From an uncultured Lachnospiraceae bacterium (GTDB taxonomy: Bacteria; Bacillota; Clostridia; Lachnospirales; Lachnospiraceae), in NCBI GenBank assembly GCA_964499925.1, contig CAZCPW010000001.1, positions 1-37,900 on the forward strand: a DNA stretch of 37,900 nucleotides, given 5' to 3'. Below, in pieces: positions 35,770 through 37,900 of the stretch (position 1 is the stretch's first letter; each line of letters begins with the position of its first letter). The position numbers and the translations under genes are program-made. The notes beneath the pieces are model-generated. The model did not search any database, was not told the DNA's origin, and was given only the letters and a program-made list of their open reading frames with translations.

Positions 35770-36380
35770 ATATTAAATCTTACTTGAGAGGAATAGGTGC
35801 CGGCATAATAGTGGCGGCACTTGTTATGGGTGCTTCAAACAGCAGGGAAGCAAGACCCGTCGAAGAAATAGACAACAGTACCCTTATTGAGAATAGTGCG
35901 GAATCAAGCATATCAGGTGACGATGAAATAAGCAATAATGATGTATCGTCCAATGATATTGTTAAAGAAGATTCCGTAAGCGCAAATGATGTAAAAGAAG
36001 AAACTTCCGTAAGCGCAAACACGGAAACGGAGGAACGCGTCGATTCTTCGATGAATGAGGAACAGACCAAAGACGATATTTCGGGTTTGGACTCGGATAA
36101 AGAAAATGACAGTGAAAAAACACATATCAATCCAATGCCGGAAGGCGAAGACGGATATGCAGACAACGGAGAAACCGTTACCTTGACAATAGTCAGGGGA
36201 GACAGCTCGGTAAGCGTGAGCAGGAGGCTTTACGAAGCTGGCTTGGTCGAGTCGGCTGTCGAATTCGACAAATATCTTTGCAAAGAAGGGTATGACAAGT
36301 ATATCTGTGTGGGAACCTTTGAAATCGCACCGGATTCGGATTTTGAGACGATAGCGAAAATTATCACGAAAAAGAATTAA
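35766..36380 (+). CDS. Membrane-anchored protein with YceG/MltG N-terminal-like domain
   Basis: YLRGIGAGII TM, acidic linker and TI.RGDSS..VS..L.EAGLV..A.EFD.YL...GTFEI. Too short to carry a transglycosylase catalytic domain. Confidence 0.75.
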   Translation: MNIKSYLRGIGAGIIVAALVMGASNSREARPVEEIDNSTLIENSAESSISGDDEISNNDVSSNDIVKEDSVSANDVKEETSVSANTETEERVDSSMNEEQTKDDISGLDSDKENDSEKTHINPMPEGEDGYADNGETVTLTIVRGDSSVSVSRRLYEAGLVESAVEFDKYLCKEGYDKYICVGTFEIAPDSDFETIAKIITKKN

Positions 36381-36386
36381 AAGTTC

Positions 36387-36415
36387 TTGCAATGAGCGAA
36401 GGCAGATGATATAAT
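36387..36415 (+). promoter_or_regulatory. Sigma-A promoter of rpsB-tsf
   Basis: TTGCAA (36387-36392), 17 nt spacer, TATAAT (36410-36415) with extended TG. Confidence 0.8.
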
Positions 36416-36419
36416 CTAC

Positions 36420-36520
36420 CCGCTGTGACTAAAAAGCACGCATGATACTTCCGTCGGTGCCGGTAAACGCCCCGGTTGACGGACAAAAGGGTACATGCGG
36501 ATGAATAACCAAAACGGAGG
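36420..36520 (+). promoter_or_regulatory. Structured rpsB 5' leader (probable S2 autoregulatory element)
   Basis: Nested stems CGCATG/CATGCG, TCCGTC/GACGGA and CCGG/CCGG between the promoter and SD GGAGG. Structured rpsB leaders are established ribosomal-protein operators. Confidence 0.6.
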
Positions 36521-36528
36521 ATTTTAAA

Positions 36529-37293
36529 ATGAGCGTTATTTCAATGAAGCAGTTGCTTGAAGCAGGTGTTCATTTCGGACACCAGACCAGAAGATGGAAC
36601 CCTAAGATGGCTCCTTACATCTTCACAGAGAGAAACGGTATCCACATCATCGATCTTCAGAAGTCGGTTGGCAAGGTTGACGAAGCCTACAACGCAATTT
36701 CCGATATCGTTGCTCAGGGTGGTATCATTCTTTTCGTAGGTACCAAGAAGCAGGCTCAGGATGCGGTTAAGACCGAAGCCGAGAGATGCGGTATGTACTA
36801 TGTAAACGAGAGATGGCTCGGCGGCATGCTTACAAACTTTAAGACAATTCAGTCAAGAATCGCACGTTTAAAAGCTATCGAGACCATGTCTACCGACGGA
36901 ACCTTCGATGTACTTCCCAAGAAGGAAGTTGCAAACCTTCAGAAGGAATGGGACAAGCTTGAGAAGAACCTTGGCGGTATCAAGGACATGAAGAGAATTC
37001 CCGATGCTATTTTCGTAGTAGACCCCAAGAAGGAACACATCTGTGTATCCGAGGCTCAGTCTTTGGGAATTACCTTACTCGGTATCGGCGATACAAACTG
37101 CGATCCCGAAGAACTTGACTATATTATTCCCGGCAACGATGATGCTATCAGAGCCGTAAAGCTTATTGTTTCCAAGATGGCTGATGCAGTTATCGAGGCA
37201 AATCAGGGTGAAGCAGTAGATGTTCAGGATGCAAATGCCGATACAGAAGCAGCAGCTACCGACATCGAAGAAATTGCTAACGCAGAAGCTTAA
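36529..37293 (+). CDS. rpsB: 30S ribosomal protein S2
   Basis: [32 protein letters not shown] and [10 protein letters not shown]. Confidence 0.99.
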   Translation: MSVISMKQLLEAGVHFGHQTRRWNPKMAPYIFTERNGIHIIDLQKSVGKVDEAYNAISDIVAQGGIILFVGTKKQAQDAVKTEAERCGMYYVNERWLGGMLTNFKTIQSRIARLKAIETMSTDGTFDVLPKKEVANLQKEWDKLEKNLGGIKDMKRIPDAIFVVDPKKEHICVSEAQSLGITLLGIGDTNCDPEELDYIIPGNDDAIRAVKLIVSKMADAVIEANQGEAVDVQDANADTEAAATDIEEIANAEA

Positions 37294-37314
37294 TAGAACA
37301 AGGAGAATATAATC

Positions 37315-37900
37315 ATGGCAGACATTACCGCAAGCATGGTAAAAGAGTTACGTGAAATGACCGGTGCCGGAATGATGGATTGCAAGAAGGCACTTAACGA
37401 AACAAACGGAAATATGGATGAAGCCGTTGAATTCTTGAGAAAGAGCGGCGCAGCCAAGATGGAAAAGAAGGCTTCCAGAATTGCAGCAGAAGGCATTTGC
37501 CGTGTTGCAATTGACGGAAACAAGGCAGTTGTATGTGAAGTAAACTCCGAGACCGACTTCGTTGCCAAGAACGAAGTATTCCAGGATTTCGTACAGTCTG
37601 TTGCAGATACCGCTTTGGCTTCCTCATATAACGGCGGAATGAACGGTGAAGACGTTCAGGCCTTACTTGATGCAGGGCTTACAGAACAGTTCGCAGAGAA
37701 GACCTTAAAGATCGGCGAGAAGCTTTCCTTCAGAAGATTCGTAAAGGTTGAAGGCGATGCTGTTGTTTCTTATATCCACGGCGGCGGACGTATCGGTGTA
37801 TTGGTTGCCGCAAACGGTGCCGGAAACGACGACAGTGTTAAGAATGCATTGACAAACGTTGCAATGCAGGTTGCAGCTATGAATCCCCAGTATATCGGAA
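37315..37900 (+). CDS. tsf: Translation elongation factor Ts (3'-truncated by window edge)
   Basis: Read by hand from ATG 37315: MADITASMVKELREMTGAGMMDCKKAL...EVNSETDFVAKN...YIHGGGRIGVLV. SD AGGAG. Not in the ORF track because there is no stop in the window. Confidence 0.98.
   Translation, partial: MADITASMVKELREMTGAGMMDCKKALNETNGNMDEAVEFLRKSGAAKMEKKASRIAAEGICRVAIDGNKAVVCEVNSETDFVAKNEVFQDFVQSVADTALASSYNGGMNGEDVQALLDAGLTEQFAEKTLKIGEKLSFRRFVKVEGDAVVSYIHGGGRIGVLVAANGAGNDDSVKNALTNVAMQVAAMNPQYIG

Noticed and set aside
1516..36380. Apparent absence of fliC, fliD, flgK, flgL, flgM, flgF/G, cheR and chemoreceptors
   Set aside because: These genes normally lie in separate loci in Firmicutes, so this is not evidence of a degenerate system. 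No frameshift or pseudogene was seen in the cluster.
517..37627. Numerous other minus-strand and alternative-frame ORFs in the track
   Set aside because: All overlap well-supported + strand genes and show the Ser/Phe/Ile-rich composition expected of antisense frames.

Overview
The window is almost entirely one co-directional (+ strand) Firmicutes flagellar/chemotaxis (fla/che) cluster, flanked by the 3' end of topA and codY on the left and rpsB-tsf on the right. Gene order and protein style suggest a Lachnospiraceae-like clostridium (inference). Order: topA'-codY-flgB-flgC-fliE-fliF-fliG-fliH-fliI-fliJ-ylxF/MotE-like-fliK-flgD-TIGR02530-type protein-flgE-flbD(swrD)-motA-motB-fliL-fliM-fliY-cheY-fliO-fliP-fliQ-fliR-flhB-flhA-flhF-flhG-PilZ brake-cheB-cheA-cheW-cheC-cheD-hyp-fliA-DUF342-hyp-SwrB-like-YceG-like-rpsB-tsf'. 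No rRNA, tRNA, CRISPR array or transposase was seen. The core genes are ordinary. The best leads are: (1) a small protein with ribonuclease-like (BECR/DUF4258-type) motifs encoded directly upstream of a compact two-hairpin flgE leader; (2) a hairpin-rich element whose two ends recur in two spacers (after codY and after flgE) with compensatory base changes, the second copy carrying an inverted REP-like doublet in its middle; (3) two sigma-28 promoters, one pointing straight into a terminator; (4) a stator with Na+-type (PomAB-like) signatures; (5) a (MQGMNMG)x5 repeat in FliY. All gene calls come from motif recognition and synteny; no database searches were run.
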